Assembly: GCA_028534125.1 (NCBI GenBank)
Contig: CM052817.1
Location: 20,524,001 to 20,588,000, forward strand
DNA from: Lama glama
Taxonomy: Eukaryota
Length of the DNA: 64,000 nucleotides
Direction of reading: 5' to 3'
In this document: positions 54,531 through 64,000 of the stretch, in pieces
Layout of the letters: the number at the start of each line of letters is the position of its first letter
How positions within the stretch are numbered: position 1 is the first letter of the stretch
The notes under the pieces: model-generated
What the model was told of the DNA's origin: nothing
Databases searched by the model: none
What the model saw: the letters and a program-made list of their open reading frames with translations, nothing else
Made by a program: the position numbers and the translations under genes

Positions 54531-55708
54531 AATTATTTTTTTTCTAAGTGCTAGATATTTTTTAATTAGCCAATATAAATAAAATGTGAATATGTAAAGT
54601 AAAAACAATTTATCATAAAAAATGATTAGTTTTAAGCTATTTTCAATTCACGTAAGGTTTGTGGCTAAAGAAGAATGTTGAATTACAAGAAGGGAAGTAA
54701 TGACTGATGTTACAAAAAGAAAACAAAACCTAAGTCATAAACACAATTGATTTTTATCCTCTCGCTTTTTTGGTTTTGTTAGAATTGTAATTTCAGACCG
54801 TACTTTCAAAACTAGTCATAAAAGAGCCTAATAGCTAGCAATAGATATTTTCTAAAATTGGGCCAAATATAATTTCCTGCACATTTATAATCAAGCAATT
54901 CTTATAGTTCATATTATTCTCTTCAATAGAGAGTCTGCATATGATATCTTTCTGGCCTCACTCTCTCTGTTTAAAATTATAGTTCATGCTTTTTCAGAAA
55001 AACTATAGACTGTGATGGACAGAAAATATAGACAATTGTATAAACCAAAGTACCCTCTAAACAGTGGAAAACACTGAGTCTCATGGAACTTTGTAAGATC
55101 CTAGGGCTATTCTTATATTGCTCTCTCTCATATGTATCTGTATGAGAGAGAAGAAAATATATATGAGAAAAAACATGTGTATGAGAGTGAAGTAAATATA
55201 AAATATAAATATGTACATAAACATACATTTATATATAATATATACGCATATGTATTGTACTCAAACTGAGCCTTTTTACAATGATGCTGAAAATACATTA
55301 ATAAATGTTAGTCTTCAGAACCAAGTGTATTGAATAGCACTTCCCCAAACACAAAAATCAAAGAACTTAAGAAGCGAGGCACCCTACCCTCTGAATCTAA
55401 AACTTTAGATTCACATCTACAGACATTTCCCCAGCGGAAGGCCACTGGGGAGACATTTGTCCTGGAATCCAGTGAAGTGAGCGGGTGCAGCTGCATTTTA
55501 CACACCCTTCCTGGAGAGCCCAAATCCCTGCCCAGAGGAGCCCCAGGCTGGGCATCAGACTCTTGCCCTAGACAGAGGACCTGGCAAGTAAAGGAATGTC
55601 ACCACGTGTGCTCCACTCACAGCTTAGTGTCTCGGATTTAGATGGTCCCAATATGTATTCGATGAATAAAGGTAGTTCCTGGATTTTATTAAAAATATGG
55701 CCTTAAAA

Positions 55709-56057
55709 CCTAGAGATTATCATATTAAGTGAAGTAAGTCACACAGAGAAAGACAAATATCATATGATATGACTCATATGTGGAATCTAAAAAAAATATG
55801 ATACAAATGAACTTATTTACAAACCAGAAATAGCCTCACAGACATAGAAAACAAGCTATGGTTACACAGGGGAAAGGGGAGGGAAGGAAGGATAAATTAA
55901 AAGCTTGGGATTAGCAGATACACACTACTGTATAAAAACAGATAAACAACAAGGACCTACTGTATAGCACAGGGAGCTATATTCAATATCTTGTAATAAC
56001 TTATAAGGGAAAAGAATCTGAAAAATAATATATATACAATCTACAATTCTATAATTT
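55709..56057 (+). mobile_element. 5'-truncated LINE-1 3' end (artiodactyl-type) with degenerate TSD
   Basis: cctagagattatcatattaagtgaagtaagtc...agacaaatatcatatgatat...tggaatctaaaaaa...gaacttatttacaaa...acaacaaggacctactgtatagcacaggg; flanks aaaaatatggccttaaaa / aaaaatgcccttaaaa. Confidence 0.93.
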
Positions 56058-56134
56058 AAAAATGCCCTTAAAAGCCAAATCAGACCCAAGAAGGTTATTC
56101 TCTTTAAGTCACCATTGTTCCTCTTTTACTTTAT

Positions 56135-56390
56135 TTATTTTGCAAGTATTTGCTGAGTGGACCCTGTGTTCCAAGTACTATTGAGCTTCCGGGAAGGAAA
56201 AAGACTAACCATACGGAATCCTTGCTCTGTACAAATTCAGGATTCAGTGGGAAGAAGAACATAAACATCAATAATAGAAAAAATGTGATCGTAAATGTAT
56301 AGAAAGAATAATGGCGGAGTCCGAAAAAGACAGGGCAGGCAGCTTCAGGTCAGGGTCAGAGACTTTTTGATGAGGGGAACACATGAGAAG
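56135..56390 (-). mobile_element. L2 3' end fragment
   Basis: caagtatttgctgagtggaccctgtgttccaagtactattg...aatccttgctctgtacaaattcaggattcagtggg. Confidence 0.65.
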
Positions 56391-57684
56391 AACGTTTTTT
56401 TTTTTTTTTGGCTTCTTTTCTACTTTAATCTCTTAACATAACCTGTAAACCCATGCTTTTCACACTTAATCTTGCACTTACATAATGGTGTATGTTTTGT
56501 TTTCCCTCAAAGAAAAATTTAGGTTTTTTAAACCAGGGATTTTGAAAGAGAAGTCAAGTTCACTTGCCAGTTATTTAGAATCCAGCTTTAGTAAAGGACT
56601 GACTAACAGTGATGAGTTTGTATTTCTCCATGTGAGGTAGAATGTCACTTGGACATTAAAATAATTCTCATTCAATGTCATAAAACTGAAGATGCCATAT
56701 AATAATCTCTAGTGACACAAAACAACTCAAAGTGTCTCAAGCATGCATGTGCCTGTATAAACTGTGTTTCCTTTGCCCTGTTACAGTTTTTCTCTCTTTT
56801 CTTTTTGGACAACTCCTATTTATGGATTAATGTCCACAAATATGATCTCTTTCCACGAACGTTTGTTAACAGCTTCAGGGTCCTGCATGAAACGATCATC
56901 TCTCCTTCCCTGTCTGACATTTGGTATGCATCTCGGTTAGAGAATATTTGCTGAGAGCCTGTTTTGTTTAACGCACTGTGCCAGGAACAAAGAGTCATTT
57001 CAGCTTTACAGACAGGGCTGTTTCAAGCCAGAATGCGGAGCATAGGCCGACTGGTTATTTACGGCCAGTGTCCATTCTGAAAGCCTCATGCCCTTGCTTT
57101 ACCAGTCGGTTTAACGCTTTGAATGTTGCCCCTGTACAGCACATAAAGAATCCCTGGGCATTTTAGATGTGCCATCCCTTTTTCTTTCCTTGAAACTGTA
57201 CCACTGCACCAATGTGGCAAATCCCTCGATGAGAAAGAAGTTTGGTTTTGTTTCACTTTTTTCTCAGAAGTCTCCCCAGAGGAGTGTCAATTCCATTCTA
57301 TGAATCCATCAGGAACGGAAGGACATGTTGGAAAAGCAATTTAGGAGATATGTTGACAAACCCAAATGAGGCAGAGTATTTGTTCAGTTCTTGTATCTAC
57401 AGGACTGACAAAATGAAAGGAGTGATGGAGGTGGTTGTCCAAATTTGCAAGCCATTTTTCACGCCTCTTTTTTAAATGCAAGTGTGACTTTTGAGTCTCA
57501 TAGATCCAAGGCTGCTTGGGAAGAAAGGAGAAAGGAGTTAGAGAGGAGACATAAAGAGAGACGCAGAGAGAATACCTGTAGCTAAAAGCTCAGAATGAAA
57601 TACATGACTTTAAAGTATCTTATCTCTCATCACAACACATGTGGAACAAAATTCAAAGTTTTTATTCTCTGGTTTTAAATAACA

Positions 57685-58030
57685 ATAGTGGTTAAAATTA
57701 CAAGCCTCCCAGTCAAAGAGGCTCATATTCAAATCTTATCTGTATTTAGAGGCTGAGTGTTGAAGACACTTGAATGACCTCACTGAGCATCTCCTCCTGC
57801 AGATCATTTTTGCATGAATTAAAGAGATGACCATTGATTATCAATCACTTCCAGTGTGCTAGACTTTGCTGTCTGAATTATGTGTTAAGTTAATTATCAC
57901 AACAATCCTACTGTCCTCATTTTACCCATGTGGAAATTGAGGCTTAGAGTTACTCACTTTGCCTCTTTCACCCATCAAATATTTTCACCCCAGTGGGCAG
58001 ACCCCAGAGTCTGAACCCCACGTGCTCTGC
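57685..58030. mobile_element. Two MIR fragments in opposite orientation (+ ~57685-57830; - ~57850-58030)
   Basis: tagtggttaaaattacaagcctcccagtcaaa...ttcaaatctt; cacaacaatcct...cctcattttacccatgtggaaattgaggcttagag. Confidence 0.6.
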
Positions 58031-58264
58031 TTCCTGCTGCATCTTGCCTGCTTCCCGCATGCCGTGCCTGGCGTAGTCATTGCTATATAAATAACGTTTT
58101 ATTAATAACAATTTTGAAAGAGACCTATTATGCTCCCAGCATTTTATTGTAAATTACACAGTACAGAAGTGTGACAAAGTGGTAGTTGCTTTCTTCCCGG
58201 CACAAATAATATTTCATATGAGTTGAATGATACCTTTTAAATATCAGGCTTTTTTTTTCCCCCC

Positions 58265-58764
58265 NNNNNNNNNNNNNNNNNNNNNNNNNNNNNNNNNNNN
58301 NNNNNNNNNNNNNNNNNNNNNNNNNNNNNNNNNNNNNNNNNNNNNNNNNNNNNNNNNNNNNNNNNNNNNNNNNNNNNNNNNNNNNNNNNNNNNNNNNNNN
58401 NNNNNNNNNNNNNNNNNNNNNNNNNNNNNNNNNNNNNNNNNNNNNNNNNNNNNNNNNNNNNNNNNNNNNNNNNNNNNNNNNNNNNNNNNNNNNNNNNNNN
58501 NNNNNNNNNNNNNNNNNNNNNNNNNNNNNNNNNNNNNNNNNNNNNNNNNNNNNNNNNNNNNNNNNNNNNNNNNNNNNNNNNNNNNNNNNNNNNNNNNNNN
58601 NNNNNNNNNNNNNNNNNNNNNNNNNNNNNNNNNNNNNNNNNNNNNNNNNNNNNNNNNNNNNNNNNNNNNNNNNNNNNNNNNNNNNNNNNNNNNNNNNNNN
58701 NNNNNNNNNNNNNNNNNNNNNNNNNNNNNNNNNNNNNNNNNNNNNNNNNNNNNNNNNNNNNNNN
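58265..58764. other. Assembly gap, exactly 500 N
   Basis: N run; the left contig ends in a T/C homopolymer run. Confidence 0.99.
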
Positions 58765-60177
58765 ATCAAGTGGCCATCATCAGTATGCATTTCTTGTAGA
58801 ATGGAAACATAAGTGACATTTTGAAATATTTTAATTGCATGTTCAGAAGTGCTAGTGGATATGCCAAAGTGAGAATAAGATCCTGAAACTAATTAATGTG
58901 GCTTCATTTATCAAGAGCGCTAGGGCTGTTATAAATACTAATAATAGCATTGTAACAGTCTAGTTCCGTTTGTCTGTTGATACTCTGTGCTGTCATAGTG
59001 CCCCACACCACTGAGTTGAAGAAAGTCTTTGTGCAAATTTAACAAAAAAAAGCATTCCACATTGTTTGGTAGTAAATTCATGAGACTGCCTCTGCTTCTA
59101 AGGCTTCTTACTCTAGTAAGTAATGATCTTACACTAGGATGTACAGTACTGAGATTGATGGACTTGAAAGAAAAACAACTGTGTTCATTGTTTATAGAGC
59201 TAGAGGACTAAAGGAATCAGTAAAACACATTCTACATTCAAATACATTAATTATCAAAAATATGTAAAAATCCAAAAATATAATTGCACAACCATCCTAT
59301 GAGGGAGGTAAAGGTGAACTGAAGGGAGAGATCAATACTCACACGTTAGTTTTAATATAAGTTCTTGCATCATAACTGGAGGCTACACTGAAACAGAAGA
59401 GACTTCAAAACAGCCTTCTTGGATAAAGCCCAGCCTTCATTTCTCATCTTTAAACATCTGGGACTGTTTGCCAGGGGAATGTTTGTCTACCACTGCTGTT
59501 GTGAGAACGTATGGAAAGAGCATTAGTTACGAATTCTAGATTTGGTCATGAATCTTCTATTCCTTGGTAATTTTTTTCCATCCAATTTTATTTCTCAGGT
59601 CTTCAGTTTTTTCACGCATCAACATAAGGGAGTTGGACTGACCAACGTTATAGGTCTTTTCAACTACGTCTAAAAGGCCATGGTTCTGGAATCTTTGATA
59701 TTAAATAATTGGTGTCCCAGAGAAAGAATACAGTCAGAGTAAAACTTAATAGTTAGACTTGTATCCAAGAGAAAATTGCCTGCCAGTATAGAATTCTAAA
59801 AATTATTTGTGGGTCCTTATGAGTCACATCTAAAGGCAACTACTTTCTAAGTTTCTAAGAAAGTTTTCTACTTTCTAAGGCAATGAAGAATCTCCACAGG
59901 CAATAAAGACAATCCAAGAATGTGGCAAAGATATGTTAAATCCAAACAAAATGCTCGTATTAGAAAGAGAAAGAAAGCCAGCCATGACAAACATAAATAT
60001 GTGTGAAGAGAAATTCCCCTCAGAGCTAAGTATTTACTGAATTTATATTTGGATCCTTCTTCAGGAAGCATTATAAATCACCATCCTCATTACCTCAACA
60101 CACACTATTTTATGCTAGTTTGGTTATAGAAAAGGCTTTCAATTTTAGTTCTTTTAACATGGAAAATGCAAAGAACA

Positions 60178-60400
60178 TGGCAGAAGAGAATGCTTTGGAT
60201 TTTAGTGGTAACTATTCAATCAATTTATAAGCTTTGTGACCTTGGGCAATTGACCTAGCCTCTCTGATATTCAGCATTCTCATTTGGAGCATTAGTAAAA
60301 TCCATAACCTCCTGAACTGGATTGGGGTGAGATTAGAAACTATCTATGAAGCATGTCTCATGGTGTCTGCCATAGACTGGATCTTCATCAGTTCTCAGTT
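60178..60400 (+). mobile_element. MIR SINE
   Basis: gctttgtgaccttgggcaattgacctagcctctctgatattcagcattctcattt core and atggtgtctgccatag tail. Confidence 0.8.
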
Positions 60401-61140
60401 GATTTTCCTTCAACTTACTCTCAATAAGCACAACTCTCAATTCTTGGAATTTGTAAACTTGTGATTTAATCCTGGCTTTGCTGCAGAATGTGTGACCTTG
60501 AGAAAACGACTGTCCCTTTACGCTTCAGTGTTACCTGTAAAAGGAAGATTTGAACTCTATAACCTTAAATCCTCCAGTCTCCTTTCACCTAATTTTATTT
60601 CTTCAGATTTTTGTAGTTTTAAAGGAACAACAGCAACAAAATAGATGTGCTACCACTTTCTGATTCTGCAATAGACTACAATATTTTTCTATGCAACATG
60701 TCATAATCCAAGAATATACTAACTGTTGTGACCTTCTTAAATCAAAGCCTCATCCTATGTGAGAATCATCTTGAAAAACATCCTACTTTCCACCTGGACT
60801 AGTTTAGAGTCTTGAGATGGGTATTTTTAATCTTTCTTAAAAACAGGGAAAGTTTAATCCACGAACAGAGATTTTTTTTCTTACTTGAAATTTTCCTTCT
60901 GCTAGTAATTTCTATTGGGTCGTAAACATCTAAGTTGAAGTTTCTTTTGGCCTGCAGCTGATTTCTCCTTGTGTTCTAAATGACAACCGCTGATTACATT
61001 AATATTCAGATCTCTGTCCTGTCTTCCCAAAAGGTCACTTTTTGTCTTTTTAAAAAATTAAGTTCATGTATTTCTGAGAAGAAAATTATTATTTCCTATG
61101 AAGATGGACTGTAGTTACAAGGGCCTTTCTTAAAGCATAC

Positions 61141-61160
61141 AAACAAACAAACAAACAAAC
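61141..61160. repeat. (AAAC)5 microsatellite
   Basis: Read directly from the sequence. Confidence 0.9.
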
Positions 61161-62171
61161 ACTATCTCCACTTTAGATTATCAAACGATTCACTGTTATA
61201 TAGATATTATATCAAATCTGCAAAGCAAAACTTGTGAGAAATGTATACCCAATTCCTATTTTACTTGCTCCTCTGCCAAAAAAATAATGACTATAATCTC
61301 ATTATGAAGAAATGGTTGAACAATGACAAAGGTGATCTTTGTACAACTCAATTTTCCCTATCTAAAATTTAAAAGTATTCTAATATCTTCAGAATGCACT
61401 TGAAAATATCTTTGTCTTTGGGCACAGTATTCCACAGCACATTGTGATATTCACACCTACGTGGAAATGACAGTTTCATAGATTGTAGTTAGAGAGTGAC
61501 TTTTTCCTTAGTCCTTTCCTTTATGATTTTATGATGGAGAGGCTATTCAATGTTATTCTTCTGTCTTACTCCAAAATCTTCCTCTTTTCCAACTCACAGG
61601 GAAAAGCAAACAGAAAACAACAGCAACAAAACTTAATCCAAGGATAAGAAGTCTTTAATTAATAAGTGAATGTAATTCGCTCATCATTGTGCCAGCTTAC
61701 CTTACTGGAATATCATGTAATTAACTTCCAGATCCCTTGACATTTAAACGTTAGGTGAAGGTAATAAACTATATCTATTTTGTCCCAAGTTTCCACCTGA
61801 AAATCCTTTATTTTTCTTGTTTATCTCTTCCTGGTATGCCTTTTCTGTAAGGGCACCTGACTAATACCTTAAAAGTTTCCAAGAATGGATGTTAGATTAG
61901 TTCCATGGTGCCCACTTAGTGGCTATAAAATATGGTGGATACTATTTATAGTATCTCTGGGAAATTTTGTCAGTTCTCTTTCTCCAATTATGTAGTTTAA
62001 AATCATGAGAATGGCTCATAAAATAGCATTTTCTTTCTTTTCCAGATACACATATAAGATTAAAGGGTAAAATAGTCTGAATATACTTAATTCTTTTATA
62101 GTTTAGAAATATCTTGAAGCAAGATAGTACCATAGGAACATGTTTTAGTTTAAATGTTAGTTGGAATACAA

Positions 62172-62174
62172 AAA

Positions 62175-62223
<49 letters not shown>
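62172..62223. repeat. (AAAT)13 perfect tetranucleotide microsatellite
   Basis: Read directly from the sequence. Confidence 0.97.
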
Positions 62224-62225
<2 letters not shown>

Positions 62226-64000
62226 AATATCAGTACATAGTTGTATACTCATGACGTAGGGAATAGTTCTCATAACAGGCAGTTTAGAAGTGTGTACCAA
62301 GAGAGAAAGGAACATAATGTGCCCAGGTACATGCGAGGATATTTAATGTCTAGGGAGGGCATTATATTGCAAATGGTGGTCATTCACTAGGTCACTGTCA
62401 GGGTGAGGCTGAGCTAAAGCAGAAATGTAAATTACTATAAAGGCCAGCTTCTATCCCCTGGGAAACACACAGACATGGTGATTACATGAAACTATCCATT
62501 TATAAAAATTGTGTGTTTCTCCCAATTTGGACATATGAATCACCACATGAGAAAAGAATATTAAAACATTAATCATTGTGATAAGCAGAGGGAACCCACA
62601 AAAATAGCATGTGATAAAAGGAGGAATGCATTTTTTTTTTTGGAAGTCACATTGTTTTAGCATGTTTATGCCTACAAGTGTATCAAAGCCGCTACATTTC
62701 CCTACATGGTAACATACTGATAATAATTAGATTCAATATATTATAATATGTTAGAGTGAGAGAGAGAGAGAGAGATGATCGGTAGAATTATCACCTACAT
62801 AGTCTGAGTTATAAACAGTTGTAAACACGCTAGTCTGAAGGAAAGTTAAACAGAATTCTCAGAATATGAGAAACCCAACATTTTCCATATGCACTGTCAT
62901 ATTCCATTCTTTTTCTAATATTCATATTTCATGAACATTTAGTACACAGGCCTTGGGAATTTTTAAAGAGAAAAATAAATATATTCAATTTTGGTATTTG
63001 AACTATTTATCATTTAATTTACCATCAAGGCCTACTTAATTTTGTTTAAGACATGAAATTAATTTAAATCCCACCTCTTTTACTTTTGATATGCAAATAT
63101 TTTCACTTTGATGTGGTAGCAATACAAATTGAAGTTTTCAACATGAACCGCTAATGCTAATTTGATTACTTCTGTATTAGTGTTGAGTGCTACAAAAATA
63201 GCAAGAGATTGTTTAAAAAATGAAACTGGGAATGGAAGAACTCTTTCTCTGCAGGCCCTCTGCAAGGATGGTAGTATTAATGCATGTACATTAATGCTTG
63301 ATGATTCTAATAGAACCATGAATGCAATTTTGAAGACAAATAATTTAGGATTTTTTAGGAAACCTGACAGCTTGGTCCTTTATAAAAATTTGAGTTCATC
63401 AGAAAGTCCTCACTTTACTTAATAGCTCAGACAGTTTGAATCTGTTTAAAATATTTCTTGCAGATGATTTAGACAACGATTTATTTTTAGCAGTAAAGAT
63501 GTTTATCAAATATAGTGACGACAAGGTGGCTGAATTGTGAATTCAATATTTTTTGGATGGCAGTGGATCAGGCTTTTTAAAAAAGAAAGAATGAGCCTTT
63601 TAAAAAAAGATTTATTTAATTGATTTATTTGATGACATTGAAGAGATTTCTAATGACCTGTAACAAAAGCAATGATATAAATATCTTGTTGCAACTCAAG
63701 CTAAGTATACCTAAAAAGTGTTGAAAAACAATTTTTTCCCTCTTTTTAAAATAGTATTTGAAAATGGTATCTCACCATATTGAAAAATAAATATATATGT
63801 CTATCCATGATCTATAAGATACTCCCAATGGGGGAGCTGCAGTAATAACTGCCACCTGTAGTGTGCCTGCAGCGTGCATGTCGCTTGTCAGTTTATCGAT
63901 GAAATGCCTGTGTCTGTCTGTCTGTAATTTGCTTTATGCCTGAAAGTCTCTATGCTCGTTAACCTTTTACAGGTGCCGCACCATTCCAAGGAACTGCAGG

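Larger units (their letters stand above)
14102..64000 (+). other. PCDH7: 5' part of the following PCDH7 intron; the next exon (DSRPLPDV...) was not found in the window
   Basis: Starts at the GT donor, is repeat-rich and has no recognisable coding sequence. Continuity beyond the two N gaps is assumed. Confidence 0.75.

Noticed and set aside
58128..58799. Long ORFs (190-220 aa) spanning the second gap
   Set aside because: N-run artefacts
663..63422. Remaining 60-109 aa ORFs in the track
   Set aside because: Lengths are as expected by chance, composition is F/L/I/K-biased from AT-rich DNA, several lie in repeats, and none resembles a known family
1..64000. CRISPR arrays, operons, defence systems, tRNA/rRNA/snRNA genes or a novel multi-gene system
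   Set aside because: Mammalian intronic DNA; I saw no spaced direct-repeat array, structured RNA gene signature or gene cluster by eye. An Infernal/Rfam scan would be the decisive check for ncRNAs.

Overview
This is AT-rich, CpG-depleted eutherian mammal DNA, not a prokaryotic window. The young LINE-1 3' ends and the lack of primate, rodent, ruminant, pig or carnivore SINEs suggest a camelid, which is an inference. The only coding sequence I can support is one internal + strand exon of protocadherin-7 (PCDH7, delta-1 protocadherin) at 13885-14101. It encodes PFRRVTFSVV...YDSGLEESE...GSVGEAEHMEN and has two in-frame splice donors 24 nt apart (after 14077 and after 14101). The rest looks intronic: a solo MLT1D-like LTR with an intact 5-bp target-site duplication, several 5'-truncated L1 3' ends, old MIR/L2/L3 and DNA-transposon fossils, microsatellites and two 500-N scaffold gaps. 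The other listed ORFs look like chance ORFs or gap artefacts. I found no evidence of a new multi-gene system. The best leads are possible unannotated PCDH7 splice or polyadenylation isoforms and candidate regulatory elements, all hypotheses. Repeat families were assigned by eye from remembered consensus motifs, and their boundaries are approximate.
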